This document shows, one piece after another, positions 36,010-45,310 of a DNA stretch of 64,000 nt. Made by a program: the position numbers and the translations under genes. Positions within the stretch are counted from its first letter, which is position 1. The number at the start of each line of letters is the position of its first letter. Source of the DNA: Eubacteriales bacterium (GTDB lineage Bacteria; Bacillota; Clostridia; Oscillospirales; CAG-272); contig JAZSIF010000058.1 of assembly GCA_045533675.1 (NCBI GenBank), forward strand, positions 2,119 through 66,118. The letters run 5' to 3'. A model generated the notes under the pieces. The model was given only the letters and a program-made list of their open reading frames with translations. It made no database searches and was not told the origin of the DNA.

Positions 36010-36732
36010 ATGAAAAAATTTGTTTCACTGCTCCTTATGCTATGTCTTCTTACCCTTCCGCTTGCCGCCTGCGGCGAAGCGATGGAAACCAACGCTCCCG
36101 TTTCCCTCGGGCTGCACGTACTTGCCAAAAGCGCCCCCATGGCAAAGGCGGGACTCTGCGACACGCCCCTGTCTTTCCATGCCGATGATTTCGGTCGTGC
36201 CATGAATCTCTCAAACGTGGAATCGATTACCGTCACTCGTCTCCCCTCTCCCGAGGAGGGAGAGCTGCGTCTGGGGAACGTGGTGGTAAATCGAGGGCAA
36301 ATCATCCGCGCCTCTGCCATTTCTAATCTCTCCTACGTGTCTGCCAGAGGTGGTGTCCGCTATGCCTCCTTCGACTTCACCGTCAACGATTCCCCCGTGG
36401 AAATGACCTGCGAGGTCTTTCTTCTGAATGCCGTCAACCATGCGCCTTCCCTCTCGGGCGTCCCCGAAGCGTCTCTTTCGGTAAGCACCTCTCGGAACGT
36501 CACTCTTTCCGGCGAGCTTCCCTCCTATGATCCCGACGGCGACGAGACCACTGTTGAAATCGTATCCTATCCCCAATCGGGGATCCTCATTCTGACCGAT
36601 GCCCACAAGGGTACCTATACCTATACCCCCTATCCCGACCGCACGGGCTCCGATTCCTTTACCTATGTGGTCCGCGACCCCTACGGCAATTACAGTGCCT
36701 CAGCTACGGTGTCGTTGCAGATTGTGAAGTAG
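36010..36732 (+). CDS. Lipoprotein with C-terminal cadherin-like/Ig-like domain
   Basis: Start at MKKFVSLLLMLCLLTLPLAACG (lipobox LAAC), RBS GGAGG. C-terminal YDPDGDETTVEIVSYPQSGIL ... GSDSFTYVVRDPYGNYS resembles cadherin-like/VCBS repeats. Confidence 0.7.
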   Translation: MKKFVSLLLMLCLLTLPLAACGEAMETNAPVSLGLHVLAKSAPMAKAGLCDTPLSFHADDFGRAMNLSNVESITVTRLPSPEEGELRLGNVVVNRGQIIRASAISNLSYVSARGGVRYASFDFTVNDSPVEMTCEVFLLNAVNHAPSLSGVPEASLSVSTSRNVTLSGELPSYDPDGDETTVEIVSYPQSGILILTDAHKGTYTYTPYPDRTGSDSFTYVVRDPYGNYSASATVSLQIVK

Positions 36733-36899
36733 TTAGTTGGAGAAAGGATTTTTCGCGTTTTTTCAAAAGCGCGGCAAAGCCTTCATACAAATTATGGGTT
36801 ATTTTACACCGCGTTCTACATGTGGTGTACCATGAGATTTTAACTTCTTTCTCTAAAGTAGAAATCCGTCGGACGGCTTTATTGCCACCGACGGATTTC
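36733..36899. repeat. Intergenic repeat family, copy 3 left half (arm plus hairpin)
   Basis: Begins at the lipoprotein stop (TAGTTAGTTGGAGAAAGGATTTTT). Contains the arm-internal palindrome CGCGTTTTTTCAAAAGCGCG (36754-36773) and hairpin 36861-36899. Its reverse complement nearly matches 37331-37455. Confidence 0.85.
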
Positions 36900-37040
36900 C
36901 GTTTATTAAAAATTACACACGACAAAAAGAGACAAAAATTGCGAACAAGATGGGACAGAAAACATGAGCAAAAGGCTGTTTGTGCAAAATGCGGAAAATG
37001 AATTATTTTCAAAAACCTCTTGACAAAAATTCTCGGAAGG

Positions 37041-37156
37041 TTTTCCATAGGCAAAAAAATAAAAAGAAAAATTTTTCCTTGATTTTGCTGGGTTTTCCAC
37101 ATTATCAGCAGAGTTTTCCATAGGGGGTATGGCTTTTTTTCAAGGGGTATGGAAAA
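37041..37156. promoter_or_regulatory. Cluster of four GTTTTCCAYA motifs (DnaA-box-like) with an A/T tract
   Basis: TTTTCCATA 37041-37049, TTTTCCACA 37093-37101, TTTTCCATA 37114-37122, and inverted TATGGAAAA 37148-37156. A/T run at 37051-37078. The motifs have 1-2 mismatches to the DnaA box TTATCCACA. Confidence 0.35.
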
Positions 37157-37254
37157 CTTTCAAAAAAGTCAAATTGGGAAATTTGACGAATTTTGCAAAA
37201 AAAGGAATATTGTAAAGAGTGCTTGCATAGACAAAAGAGAATTTCAATTTTTAC

Positions 37255-37279
37255 GGGAGGAGCGAGTACCTCCCTTTTT
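37255..37279 (+). terminator. Terminator-like hairpin inside the insert
   Basis: GGGAGG-AGCGAGTA-CCTCCC followed by TTTTT. Confidence 0.4.
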
Positions 37280-37291
37280 AAAAAAAATTAG

Positions 37292-37455
37292 GAAATCCGT
37301 CGGTTGCGATAAAGCCTTCCGACGGATTTCTATATTAGAAAAAACTTCAAGTTACACGGTACACCAAGTGTAGAACGTGGTGTAAAATAACCCATAATTT
37401 GTATGAAGGTTTTGCTACTCTTTTTCAAAAGCGCGAAAATCCCCTTTCTAACCAA
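37292..37455. repeat. Intergenic repeat family, copy 3 right half (hairpin plus arm)
   Basis: Hairpin 37292-37330. The arm AAGTTACACGGTACACCAAGTGTAGAACGTGGTGTAAAATAACCCATAATTTGTATGAAGG...CTAACCAACTA runs into the murA stop codon (37456-37458). Confidence 0.85.
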
Positions 37456-38712
37456 CTACTCCCTCCGAATATCCGCGCCAAGACGCTTAAGCTTGCCTAC
37501 AATGTCCTCATAGCCGCGATCTAAAAATTCCAGTCCCGAGACTTCACTTTCACCATCGGCTGCAAGGGCGGCGATCACCAAAGCGGCTCCCGCGCGCAGG
37601 TCACTTCCCTTCACAATCGCGCCGTGGAGCGCGGACACTCCCGTAATGTGAGCGGTACCGTTGTCCACCACAATATCCGCACCCATCTTTTTCAGTTCCT
37701 CGGCATATTTGAAGCGAGCCCCCCAGATTCCCTCGGAGATCGAACTGATACCGCGCGCCAGCGTCAGCACCGCGCTGAACTGAGGGTGCATATCGGTAGG
37801 GAATCCCGGATAAGGATTGGTTTTGATGGTAGTGGCACGATAGACCCGCTCCGAGGTCACGGTAATGGAATCGTCCGAGGCAGTCACCGACAGACCGATT
37901 TCTCGCAGCTTGTGGCTGATCACCTCCATATGCTTGGGGATTACCCGCTTGACAGTCACAGAGCCCCCCGCAGCGGCGACTGCCGCCATGTATGTACCCG
38001 CTTCGATCATGTCGGGCGCCAGCTCGTATCGGCATCCATGAAGCTCCTTGACCCCGCGAATGCGGATCATACCCGTTCCAGCGCCGCACACGTCGGCACC
38101 GCAAGCGTTCAAAAAGCTCGCCATATCCACAATATGCGGCTCACGGGCGGCATTCTCAATAACGGTCACGCCCTCCGCAAATACAGCCGCCAGCATGATG
38201 TTGATGGTAGCGCCTACCGACGCGACGTCCAGATAAATCATATTGCCCTTAAGTCCATGCTCTACCGTAGCATGAAGATTGGCATTGTCGTCGTATTCCA
38301 CACGGGCGCCCAGATGCTCAAAACCCTTAATGTGCTGGTCAATGGGGCGCACCCCGAAGTCACATCCCCCCGGATAGCCCACCAGCGCCTCGCCAAAACG
38401 CCCCAGCATAGCACCGATCAGATAGGTGGACGCCCGCATCTTGCCCACGTATTCCATGGGAGGACTCTTCATCATTACCTCACGGGTGTCAATGACCACA
38501 CGATCCGTCGTCTCGAAGCGTACCTTGGCACCGATCGAGCGAAGAATCTCCAACGTCAGCGAAATGTCACTCACATCGGGCACATTGCTGATCACGCAGA
38601 TCCCTCCCGTGGCAACCGTGCCAAAGAGTACGGGAAGAGCGGAATTCTTCATACCGCTGATCTTCACTTCTCCAAAGAGCGGCTTGCCGCCCCGTATTCT
38701 CAATTTATCCAT
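37456..38712 (-). CDS. murA: UDP-N-acetylglucosamine 1-carboxyvinyltransferase
   Basis: 418 aa from MDKLRIRGGKPLFGEVKISGMKNSALP. A conserved Cys region GGCDFGVRPIDQH is present. Confidence 0.93.
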   Translation of the reverse strand: MDKLRIRGGKPLFGEVKISGMKNSALPVLFGTVATGGICVISNVPDVSDISLTLEILRSIGAKVRFETTDRVVIDTREVMMKSPPMEYVGKMRASTYLIGAMLGRFGEALVGYPGGCDFGVRPIDQHIKGFEHLGARVEYDDNANLHATVEHGLKGNMIYLDVASVGATINIMLAAVFAEGVTVIENAAREPHIVDMASFLNACGADVCGAGTGMIRIRGVKELHGCRYELAPDMIEAGTYMAAVAAAGGSVTVKRVIPKHMEVISHKLREIGLSVTASDDSITVTSERVYRATTIKTNPYPGFPTDMHPQFSAVLTLARGISSISEGIWGARFKYAEELKKMGADIVVDNGTAHITGVSALHGAIVKGSDLRAGAALVIAALAADGESEVSGLEFLDRGYEDIVGKLKRLGADIRRE

Positions 38713-38745
38713 ATAGCCTCCCATTGGCAGACTGTGTGTCTCTTT

Positions 38746-39879
38746 TTATTGTATGCGCGGTTCCGTCTCGGCGGGAATAAAATATGCCACCGCCAGGTCC
38801 ACTACCATGCCATAGCTTCGTATCCCCTCGGTTCCGTGAAGAGTCAGAAAGGCATCGTTGACCGCTCCCGATACGTCTCCTGCCACTGAATCTCGAAACT
38901 CATCAAAAAAATCGGAAAAAGCATTTAGTTCGCCCCGTACCGTGGAGGCCAAAGTATTCTGCACCTCCCAATACAGCTCGGGGGACACCGAATAAAGCTC
39001 ACTGACGACGTATTCGTACAGATTCAGATAGCCAGAATAGCGAATATAGGCGTGTTCCGATCCCTCGCACACGAGGAATGCCACGAAATTCGCTTCGTCC
39101 TCACGGGCAATACCCCGCTGATGCGCCAGCTCATGCGCGGCAGTATAGGGCAAGGTATAGTCGGGAAAATAGACATTGAGATTCGCCTCACCCGTGAAAA
39201 AGGTATAGACCCCTGTAATGTGGGTGTAGGACATAGGCTTGGAAAGCATGACGGGCTTTAGGCGAGAATAGAGACGATCGGTAACACCGTAACGGTCAGC
39301 GGCGGTTTCGTAAGCCTCCAACAAGTAGTCGTTCATCTCGCCAAAGCTATACGGCATACGGCAAAAGCCGTCCTTTCCATAGCTCAGTACCGCTGCCTCT
39401 CCATTGATTTTCTCGGCAAGGATCATCGCCGTCTCGTAAAGATCCTCCTTGCTGACCCCACGACGCTCCAGCCCTAACCGTTCATCCAAAGGTGTGCCAC
39501 GATAAGCGGGCGCCAATCCAAAGGTAAAAAGCGAGAGCACCAGTGCCGCCACCGCCCCCAAGCACACGCAGAAGCGACCCACATCCCGCCAGGATCCACT
39601 ATATCGACAAACGCCGAAGCGGAAGACGAGAAAGAGAGCCACGGGCAAGAGGAGCAACATCAGCTCCGCCAACGAGCAGGGCAAAAGATTGGTTGAAAAC
39701 GCAAGGATCGCCCGCACTACGGGAGAAATAAAGTGATTGAAAAAATCCGAAAAGGCAGGACTGATCCAAAAGAAAAGATTCAAAACCGCGCTAACGGCAA
39801 AAATCAAATAGATGATCTTGACCGCGAGGGGCAACTTTCTCCGCTTCGGTTCTGCTTGACATTCAACGGGCTGATTCAA
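38746..39879 (-). CDS. DUF3810 family membrane protein (putative Zn-metalloprotease, HExxH)
   Basis: 377 aa. N-terminal TM segments and the HELAHQRG motif. Confidence 0.7.
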   Translation of the reverse strand: MNQPVECQAEPKRRKLPLAVKIIYLIFAVSAVLNLFFWISPAFSDFFNHFISPVVRAILAFSTNLLPCSLAELMLLLLPVALFLVFRFGVCRYSGSWRDVGRFCVCLGAVAALVLSLFTFGLAPAYRGTPLDERLGLERRGVSKEDLYETAMILAEKINGEAAVLSYGKDGFCRMPYSFGEMNDYLLEAYETAADRYGVTDRLYSRLKPVMLSKPMSYTHITGVYTFFTGEANLNVYFPDYTLPYTAAHELAHQRGIAREDEANFVAFLVCEGSEHAYIRYSGYLNLYEYVVSELYSVSPELYWEVQNTLASTVRGELNAFSDFFDEFRDSVAGDVSGAVNDAFLTLHGTEGIRSYGMVVDLAVAYFIPAETEPRIQ

Positions 39880-40819
39880 GTCTTTCTCCTTTCATGGCGT
39901 CTGAAAGCCCAAGAGCTTCCATAGCAAAGATCATATCGTCGGGCAGAGGCGACTCCACCGTGATTCGTTCTTCATCCGAAACACGGGGAAAGGTCAACCT
40001 GTGGGAGTGCAGAGCGTGCCGTCCAATGAGAGAGGATGGCTCGCCGTACAGGTCGTCACCCAAAATGGGGCATCCAAGCCCCGCGAAATGAACACGGAGC
40101 TGATGCGTTCGCCCGGTCAATGGCTCGCATTCCACCAAGGTATGTCCGCCCGCCTGCTTCAATACACGGTAACGGGTTAGGGCTCTGGCTCCTCCCTGTC
40201 CCTGTGGGCAGTTCTCCCGTAGGATTACGCTCTTTGCGGTCCGTCTCATATAGGTATCGATCATACCCTCACATTCGGGAAGCGTTCCCCGAAGAATTGC
40301 CAAATAGGTCTTCCGTATCTCACCCTTTTGCATAGCTTTGCCAAGCCTTGCGGCGGCAATGCGATTGCGGGCGATCAGTAAAAGACCGCTGGTATTCCGA
40401 TCCAGACGATTGACGGGACGAAACACAAAGGGGACACCCCGAGAGATATACCGATGCGCCAACGCATTCGCAACCGTGTCCTCCGAGTGACCGTGAGAGG
40501 GATGGGTAGGCATATCCGCAGGCTTTGCGGGCACCACCGTGTCCTCGTCCTCATAGGCAATCGCAAGAGGGAGCGCTACGGGAATCAGCCTCTCCCCGAA
40601 CGTCCGATCTTCCACCGCCAGGGAGAGAAGCTCCCCCTCGGCAAGAACGTGACGAACCGTCACGTGGACCCCGTTTACAAGAATCCCGCCCTCTGAAAAT
40701 TTTAAGTGGCGAAGCATGGCGCCCGAAAGCCGCACCTCGGAGCGGAGTATCTCTTTGACGGTCTTACCCGCCTGTGCATGGTCAATCCGAATCTCCAAAG
40801 CGCCCTCCCATTTTCTCAT
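39863..40819 (-). CDS. RluA-family pseudouridine synthase (S4 domain plus catalytic domain)
   Basis: 318 aa. HRLDRNTSGLLL-type motif (PVNRLDRNTSGLLLIA) and GRTHQLRVH. There is a 17-nt overlap with the downstream gene. Confidence 0.88.
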   Translation of the reverse strand: MRKWEGALEIRIDHAQAGKTVKEILRSEVRLSGAMLRHLKFSEGGILVNGVHVTVRHVLAEGELLSLAVEDRTFGERLIPVALPLAIAYEDEDTVVPAKPADMPTHPSHGHSEDTVANALAHRYISRGVPFVFRPVNRLDRNTSGLLLIARNRIAAARLGKAMQKGEIRKTYLAILRGTLPECEGMIDTYMRRTAKSVILRENCPQGQGGARALTRYRVLKQAGGHTLVECEPLTGRTHQLRVHFAGLGCPILGDDLYGEPSSLIGRHALHSHRLTFPRVSDEERITVESPLPDDMIFAMEALGLSDAMKGERLESAR

Positions 40820-40939
40820 TACTTATCCATTATATTATACCACGCCTCGGGAAATATTACAAGTTCTTTTTCAAGCTTCGGGAATGTTTTTTGTGGACGT
40901 TCAAGCGTCTTTTTTCGGATGCTCGGGATCCAATATAGA

Positions 40940-41063
40940 CAAAAAAGAAACCCGTCGGTGGCACAGCAGCCGTCCGACGGGTTTCCTCCTTAGAGGAAAA
41001 CAATTTGTATGAAAGTTTTTGTCAAGCTTTTTTCAAAAATCGCAAAAACGCATCCTTACGTCC
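40940..41063. repeat. Half copy of the intergenic repeat family (hairpin plus outer right arm)
   Basis: Hairpin 40947-40985, then AATTTGTATGAAAGTTTTTGTCAAGCTTTTTTCAAAAATCGC. Ends at the stop of the 41064 gene. The ACACGGTACACC inner module is absent. Confidence 0.75.
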
Positions 41064-41798
41064 TTATACCAGGAATACATCGCCATCCTGCGTGAGCGTC
41101 ACGTCAAAATGATCCTGCATCTGCGCGATGAAATCGGCAAGAACCTCGGGAGGATTGCACCCCTCATAAACGTGGTTGATGAGCATGTGGCGAGTTCTGG
41201 TCTTCTTGAAAATCTCCTGATTCTCCGGTTTTGCATAGTGCGCGTGAGCCGCTTCCACGACCGCAACGTCCACGTCGGTCTCGGTGAGTACCTTCGGGTA
41301 ATCGCCGAGATGTCCGCTCATGTCACCCGTAAAGACTACACGCTTGCCCTCTGCCTCGAAAAGGAAGCCGTAGGAGGGATTGCAGTGCTCGGTACGGAAG
41401 GAGGTCACGCGGACCAGCTCATCCTCATAAACCAAGCCTTCCTCATACACGTTCACGTTGATCTGCTTGGTATGATCGTGTCCGAGAAGGAAACGATGGT
41501 AGAAATCGGCATCGGCAGGTACAAATACCTCCGCGTGAGCGTCGGGAGCAACGCGATTGTGATATCCGCTCAAGGCGATAGAAAATTCACACAAGCCATA
41601 GTAGTGATCCGCGTGATTGTGGGTAACAAACACTGCCTTCACCGTGCCGGGATGAATTCCCTTCTTCTGCATCAGGAGAGAAACGGGCGCGCCCGCATCC
41701 ACCAGATAGCTCTTTCCCTTTACCGTAACCACAGCAGAGGAGCAAAAACGGTTCTTCTCAGCGGTTCCGTGACCGGTTCCCAAAAACGTAATCTTCAT
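41064..41798 (-). CDS. MBL-fold metallo-hydrolase
   Basis: 244 aa with the THNHADH motif. Confidence 0.8.
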   Translation of the reverse strand: MKITFLGTGHGTAEKNRFCSSAVVTVKGKSYLVDAGAPVSLLMQKKGIHPGTVKAVFVTHNHADHYYGLCEFSIALSGYHNRVAPDAHAEVFVPADADFYHRFLLGHDHTKQINVNVYEEGLVYEDELVRVTSFRTEHCNPSYGFLFEAEGKRVVFTGDMSGHLGDYPKVLTETDVDVAVVEAAHAHYAKPENQEIFKKTRTRHMLINHVYEGCNPPEVLADFIAQMQDHFDVTLTQDGDVFLV

Positions 41799-41832
41799 TC
41801 CGATTTCCTCCGTTTTTCTGCTTATTATTCAA

Positions 41833-43857
41833 TTATTCAGCATCTTCCGTGCTGTAAACAACACCCTCTGCATCCTCGGGCATCGCCTCCTCGGCTGCCT
41901 GCGCCTCGTCGAGAAGCGCGCGGATAGAAAGGCTTACCTTCTGATTCTCCTCGTCGATGGCAATGATCTTGGCATCCACTACCTGACCCAACTCCAGAAC
42001 GTCGGCAGGCTTGCCGATCTTCTCCTGAGCGATCTGAGAGATGTGGATCAGACCGTCCACACCGTCAACGATCTCAGCAAACGCGCCAAAAGGCATCATG
42101 CTGACAATCTTTACGGATGCCACATCGCCCACTGCGTAAGCGGCGGTGAATTGATACCAAGGGTTGGTATCGTCGGTCTTGTATCCGAGGGAGATTCTCT
42201 TCTTCTCTGCGTCAAAGGACTTAACGAATACGGTAATCTCGTCGCCAACAGAAACAACAGCGGCGGGAGACGCGATGGGACGCCAAGACAGCTCGGTCTT
42301 ATGTACCATACCGTCAACGCCACCCAGATCCACAAACGCGCCGTAGGAGGTCATGCTCTTAACAACACCGGTGTAAACCTTGCCCTCCTCAATGGATGCC
42401 CAGAAAGCGGCTTCCTTCGCACGACGCTCTTCACGGAGAACGGAACGGATGGAGCCAATGGCGCGGTTTCCCTTGATCTCGATGATCTTAATCTTCTGCT
42501 CGGTTCCCTTAAGAACGGAGAGATCACCCTCCTTCGGAACACCGGTGTGGGATGCAGGGACAAAGATCTTGTTGGCACCAACGAGAACGTTGACACCGCC
42601 CTTGACTACGTCAACCACCTTACCCTCGAGAACGTCTCCGTTCTCAGAAGCGTCTACGATCTTCTGCCAGTTCTTAGCGGAATCCACTGCCTTCTTGGAC
42701 AGCTCCGCGATTCCTTCGATGTCACTGACACGACCTACGCGAGCCTCGATCTGATCGCCCTTCTTATAGAGCTCGGTCAGCTTTACAGAAGGATCGTCGG
42801 TGATCTGCTCGGCTTTGATGATGCCGGTGACGGGCGCGCCGATATCCAGCTGAAGCTCAGCATCGGTAACAACCGTTACGGTTCCGGTTACGATTTCTCC
42901 TGTATTTAAAGTTTTGAACGACGAATTGAGCAGTTCTTCAAAATTTTCTTTCATTTCGCTCATGGTTTTGTACACCTCCTGAATGATGCCTGACGGAGTA
43001 GATGCCCCCGCGGCGATGCCCACTTTCGTGTGGACGGACGTATTAAGATCCAACCCCGATAGCTCCTCCGGCCGTTCAATCCAAAAGGTATCTGGGCAAA
43101 TCCTTTTACAGATATCGTACAGCTTTGCGGTGTTGGAGCTCTCCCTTCCCCCAATGACGATCATTACGTCACTTTCGGCGGCAAGCGCTCGCGCCTCAGT
43201 CTGTCTCGATTCCGTAACATTACATATTGTATCAAAAATTAAGGAATTTGTATATAGTTTTTTCAAAAATTTTTGACTTTTTTTCCACTCTGTTAAATTT
43301 TGCGTGGTTTGGGCTGCCAAAACGGGGGTTTTTTCTCGATTTTTTTCAAAAAAGCCCTCTTTCCCCGCTCGGATCAGTGCCGAGGCATTCTCGAAGCAAC
43401 GCTTCTCCCCTTCAAAATAGCTCATGATCCCCACTACCTCGGGATGAGACGCAAAGCCCGACAAAAGGAAGAGCCGATCCTCTCCCGAATTTTCCTCGGC
43501 AATGCGATGAATTTTTTTGACAAAGGGACAGGTGCAGTCCTCGTAGCGAAAATGGGGGTTTCGCTCCGTCTCCCTTGCCAGCATTGCCTCATCTTCCCGC
43601 GGAATGCCGTGCGCCCTCACAAAAATACGAACAGGAGAGGTCTCGGTGGCGGTGGCGGCAAGAGAGGGAATCTCGGATATAGAGGTCACCCTCACTCCTT
43701 GGGAATGAAGCCATGCGTTATAGGTATCGTTGTGAATGAGGGTCCCGAGGGTAAAGATCCGCTCGGCGCCCCCCTTTCCGATGGTTTCCTCCAAGCGATC
43801 GGTGGCACGCTTCACACCAAAGCAGAAGCCTGCGTTCTCGGCGATCTTAATCTGCAT
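41833..43857 (-). CDS. ispH: Bifunctional 4-hydroxy-3-methylbut-2-enyl diphosphate reductase (IspH) / ribosomal protein S1-domain fusion
   Basis: Start at MQIKIAENAGFCFGVKRA. IspH Cys ligand contexts are present. The C-terminal half holds four S1 repeats (GEIVTGTV.., GDVLEGKV.., GKVYTGVVKSMTSYGAFVDL, GDVASVKIVSMMPFGAFAEI). This fusion is common in Clostridia. Confidence 0.9.
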   Translation of the reverse strand: MQIKIAENAGFCFGVKRATDRLEETIGKGGAERIFTLGTLIHNDTYNAWLHSQGVRVTSISEIPSLAATATETSPVRIFVRAHGIPREDEAMLARETERNPHFRYEDCTCPFVKKIHRIAEENSGEDRLFLLSGFASHPEVVGIMSYFEGEKRCFENASALIRAGKEGFFEKNREKTPVLAAQTTQNLTEWKKSQKFLKKLYTNSLIFDTICNVTESRQTEARALAAESDVMIVIGGRESSNTAKLYDICKRICPDTFWIERPEELSGLDLNTSVHTKVGIAAGASTPSGIIQEVYKTMSEMKENFEELLNSSFKTLNTGEIVTGTVTVVTDAELQLDIGAPVTGIIKAEQITDDPSVKLTELYKKGDQIEARVGRVSDIEGIAELSKKAVDSAKNWQKIVDASENGDVLEGKVVDVVKGGVNVLVGANKIFVPASHTGVPKEGDLSVLKGTEQKIKIIEIKGNRAIGSIRSVLREERRAKEAAFWASIEEGKVYTGVVKSMTSYGAFVDLGGVDGMVHKTELSWRPIASPAAVVSVGDEITVFVKSFDAEKKRISLGYKTDDTNPWYQFTAAYAVGDVASVKIVSMMPFGAFAEIVDGVDGLIHISQIAQEKIGKPADVLELGQVVDAKIIAIDEENQKVSLSIRALLDEAQAAEEAMPEDAEGVVYSTEDAE

Positions 43858-44554
43858 TCCTTTTTTGTTCCTTTGCTTGTTTTTTTGCCTGCTTTTTTGC
43901 GGTCTTGGGGTCAGTAAAATTCTCCCCAAGGGCGCAGACGCGGTCAAAGATCACCTCCGAGATGCGGGCGTATTCACCGCTTTCCTCGGGGTTGTAGCCA
44001 AAGCTATCAAAGGGAATGGGCTCTCCGATGATCACGTAGGTTCTACGGAAGAGCTTGGGGGTATTGTTCCTTCTTGCGATGTAAACCGGGATCACGTCAG
44101 CACTCGCGCGGGTGCTGATCAGTGCCGCGCCATTCTTTAAGGAGGTCGTTCTGGGATCTACACCGGGATAACGGTGTCCCTGAGGGAAAATGCCCATGCA
44201 CTCCCCATCGGTCAAAAACTTCACACCCTTCTTGATTGCGCCCACATCGCTACCGCCACGGTCCACGGGGAACGCGCCCAAAAGCTTGATGAGCCCCGAC
44301 AAAAGAGGAATCTTGAAGAGCTCCTTCTTCGCCATGAACCGAACCTGATGCTTGCGGAAGGCATAGCAAAGGATAACGGGGTCGGAGGCGGAGATATGAT
44401 TGGCGCACACCAAAAAGCCTCCCCTATCGGGCTCATTTTCTCTACCAATCACACGGATGCGGAGCACACAGCCCACGATCCCCGCAAAAATGGCGTAAAT
44501 CACACGGTAAAGTCGGGAGCCGCTCTTCTTCTGCTTCTTCTGTTTCTTAGCCAT
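43847..44554 (-). CDS. plsC: 1-acyl-sn-glycerol-3-phosphate acyltransferase
   Basis: 235 aa. NHISASDP (HX4D) and FPQGHR-type motifs. There is an 11-nt overlap with ispH. Confidence 0.88.
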   Translation of the reverse strand: MAKKQKKQKKSGSRLYRVIYAIFAGIVGCVLRIRVIGRENEPDRGGFLVCANHISASDPVILCYAFRKHQVRFMAKKELFKIPLLSGLIKLLGAFPVDRGGSDVGAIKKGVKFLTDGECMGIFPQGHRYPGVDPRTTSLKNGAALISTRASADVIPVYIARRNNTPKLFRRTYVIIGEPIPFDSFGYNPEESGEYARISEVIFDRVCALGENFTDPKTAKKQAKKQAKEQKRNAD

Positions 44555-44564
44555 AATCCACCTC

Positions 44565-45239
44565 TTATCTCAAAAAGCCAGTCTTCTCACGAACCAGCTC
44601 GATAACGTGCGCCACGCTCTCCTCAAGATTCATGCCTGTGTTGTCGAAGAGAATCGCATCCTCTGCCGCTTGAGCGGGAGCGATCTCACGGGTACTGTCC
44701 TGCGTGTCTCGCTGATTCATTTCCGCCAGCACGTCCTCAAAAGACACGGTCTGTCCCTTGGCAACGAGCTCATCATAGCGGCGGCGGGCACGGCATTCGG
44801 GTGAGGCGGTCAGAAAAATTTTCAGGTCCGCATCAGGGAGAATGACTGTGCCAATGTCTCTGCCGTCCATAATGACGCTGTTTTTACGGGCAATGTCCTT
44901 TTGTGTCTCCAAAAGAAAGGAACGAACTGCGGGAATAGCGGACACAGCCGAGGCATACATGGACATTTCGGGGGTACGGATGCGATCCCCAAGATCCTCT
45001 CCGTTCAGATAAACCCGCTGAACACCGTCCACGTATTTGACCTCAATTTTGATCTCCGAAAGAAGCGCTCCCACAGCGGAAGCATCCTTGGGGTCGGTAT
45101 TTTTCTGTCTTACGTAATAGCCCACTGTGCGGTAGAGAGCACCCGTATCCACGTACACGATGCCGAGCTTGGCGGCAACCTCCTTGGCAATGGTGCTTTT
45201 TCCCGCTCCGCCGGGACCGTCAATGGCAATCTGAATCAT
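44565..45239 (-). CDS. cmk: Cytidylate kinase
   Basis: 224 aa. IAIDGPGGAGKST P-loop, DTGALYR, DGRDIGT. Confidence 0.92.
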   Translation of the reverse strand: MIQIAIDGPGGAGKSTIAKEVAAKLGIVYVDTGALYRTVGYYVRQKNTDPKDASAVGALLSEIKIEVKYVDGVQRVYLNGEDLGDRIRTPEMSMYASAVSAIPAVRSFLLETQKDIARKNSVIMDGRDIGTVILPDADLKIFLTASPECRARRRYDELVAKGQTVSFEDVLAEMNQRDTQDSTREIAPAQAAEDAILFDNTGMNLEESVAHVIELVREKTGFLR

Positions 45240-45310
45240 AGGATCTTCTCCTTTTGTCTCTTCTTTGTTATTATTTAGTATTCATTATTCATTCTTTATT
45301 CTTCATTTAT

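Noticed and set aside
36900-37291. Chromosomal replication origin (oriC) call for the DnaA-box-like cluster
   Set aside because: Only one motif is within one mismatch of the DnaA box. No dnaA, dnaN or rpmH genes are nearby, and I cannot compute GC skew. It is kept only as a hypothesis in the findings and not annotated as oriC.
37149-37373. 74-aa ORF inside the insert and repeat element
   Set aside because: It reads straight through a terminator-like hairpin and the family hairpin (37292-37330). It has a Lys-rich AT-driven composition and no RBS.
37624-38889. 421-aa plus-strand ORF spanning murA and the DUF3810 gene in antisense
   Set aside because: It crosses a gene boundary on the other strand and has no motif. 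murA on the minus strand is unambiguous.
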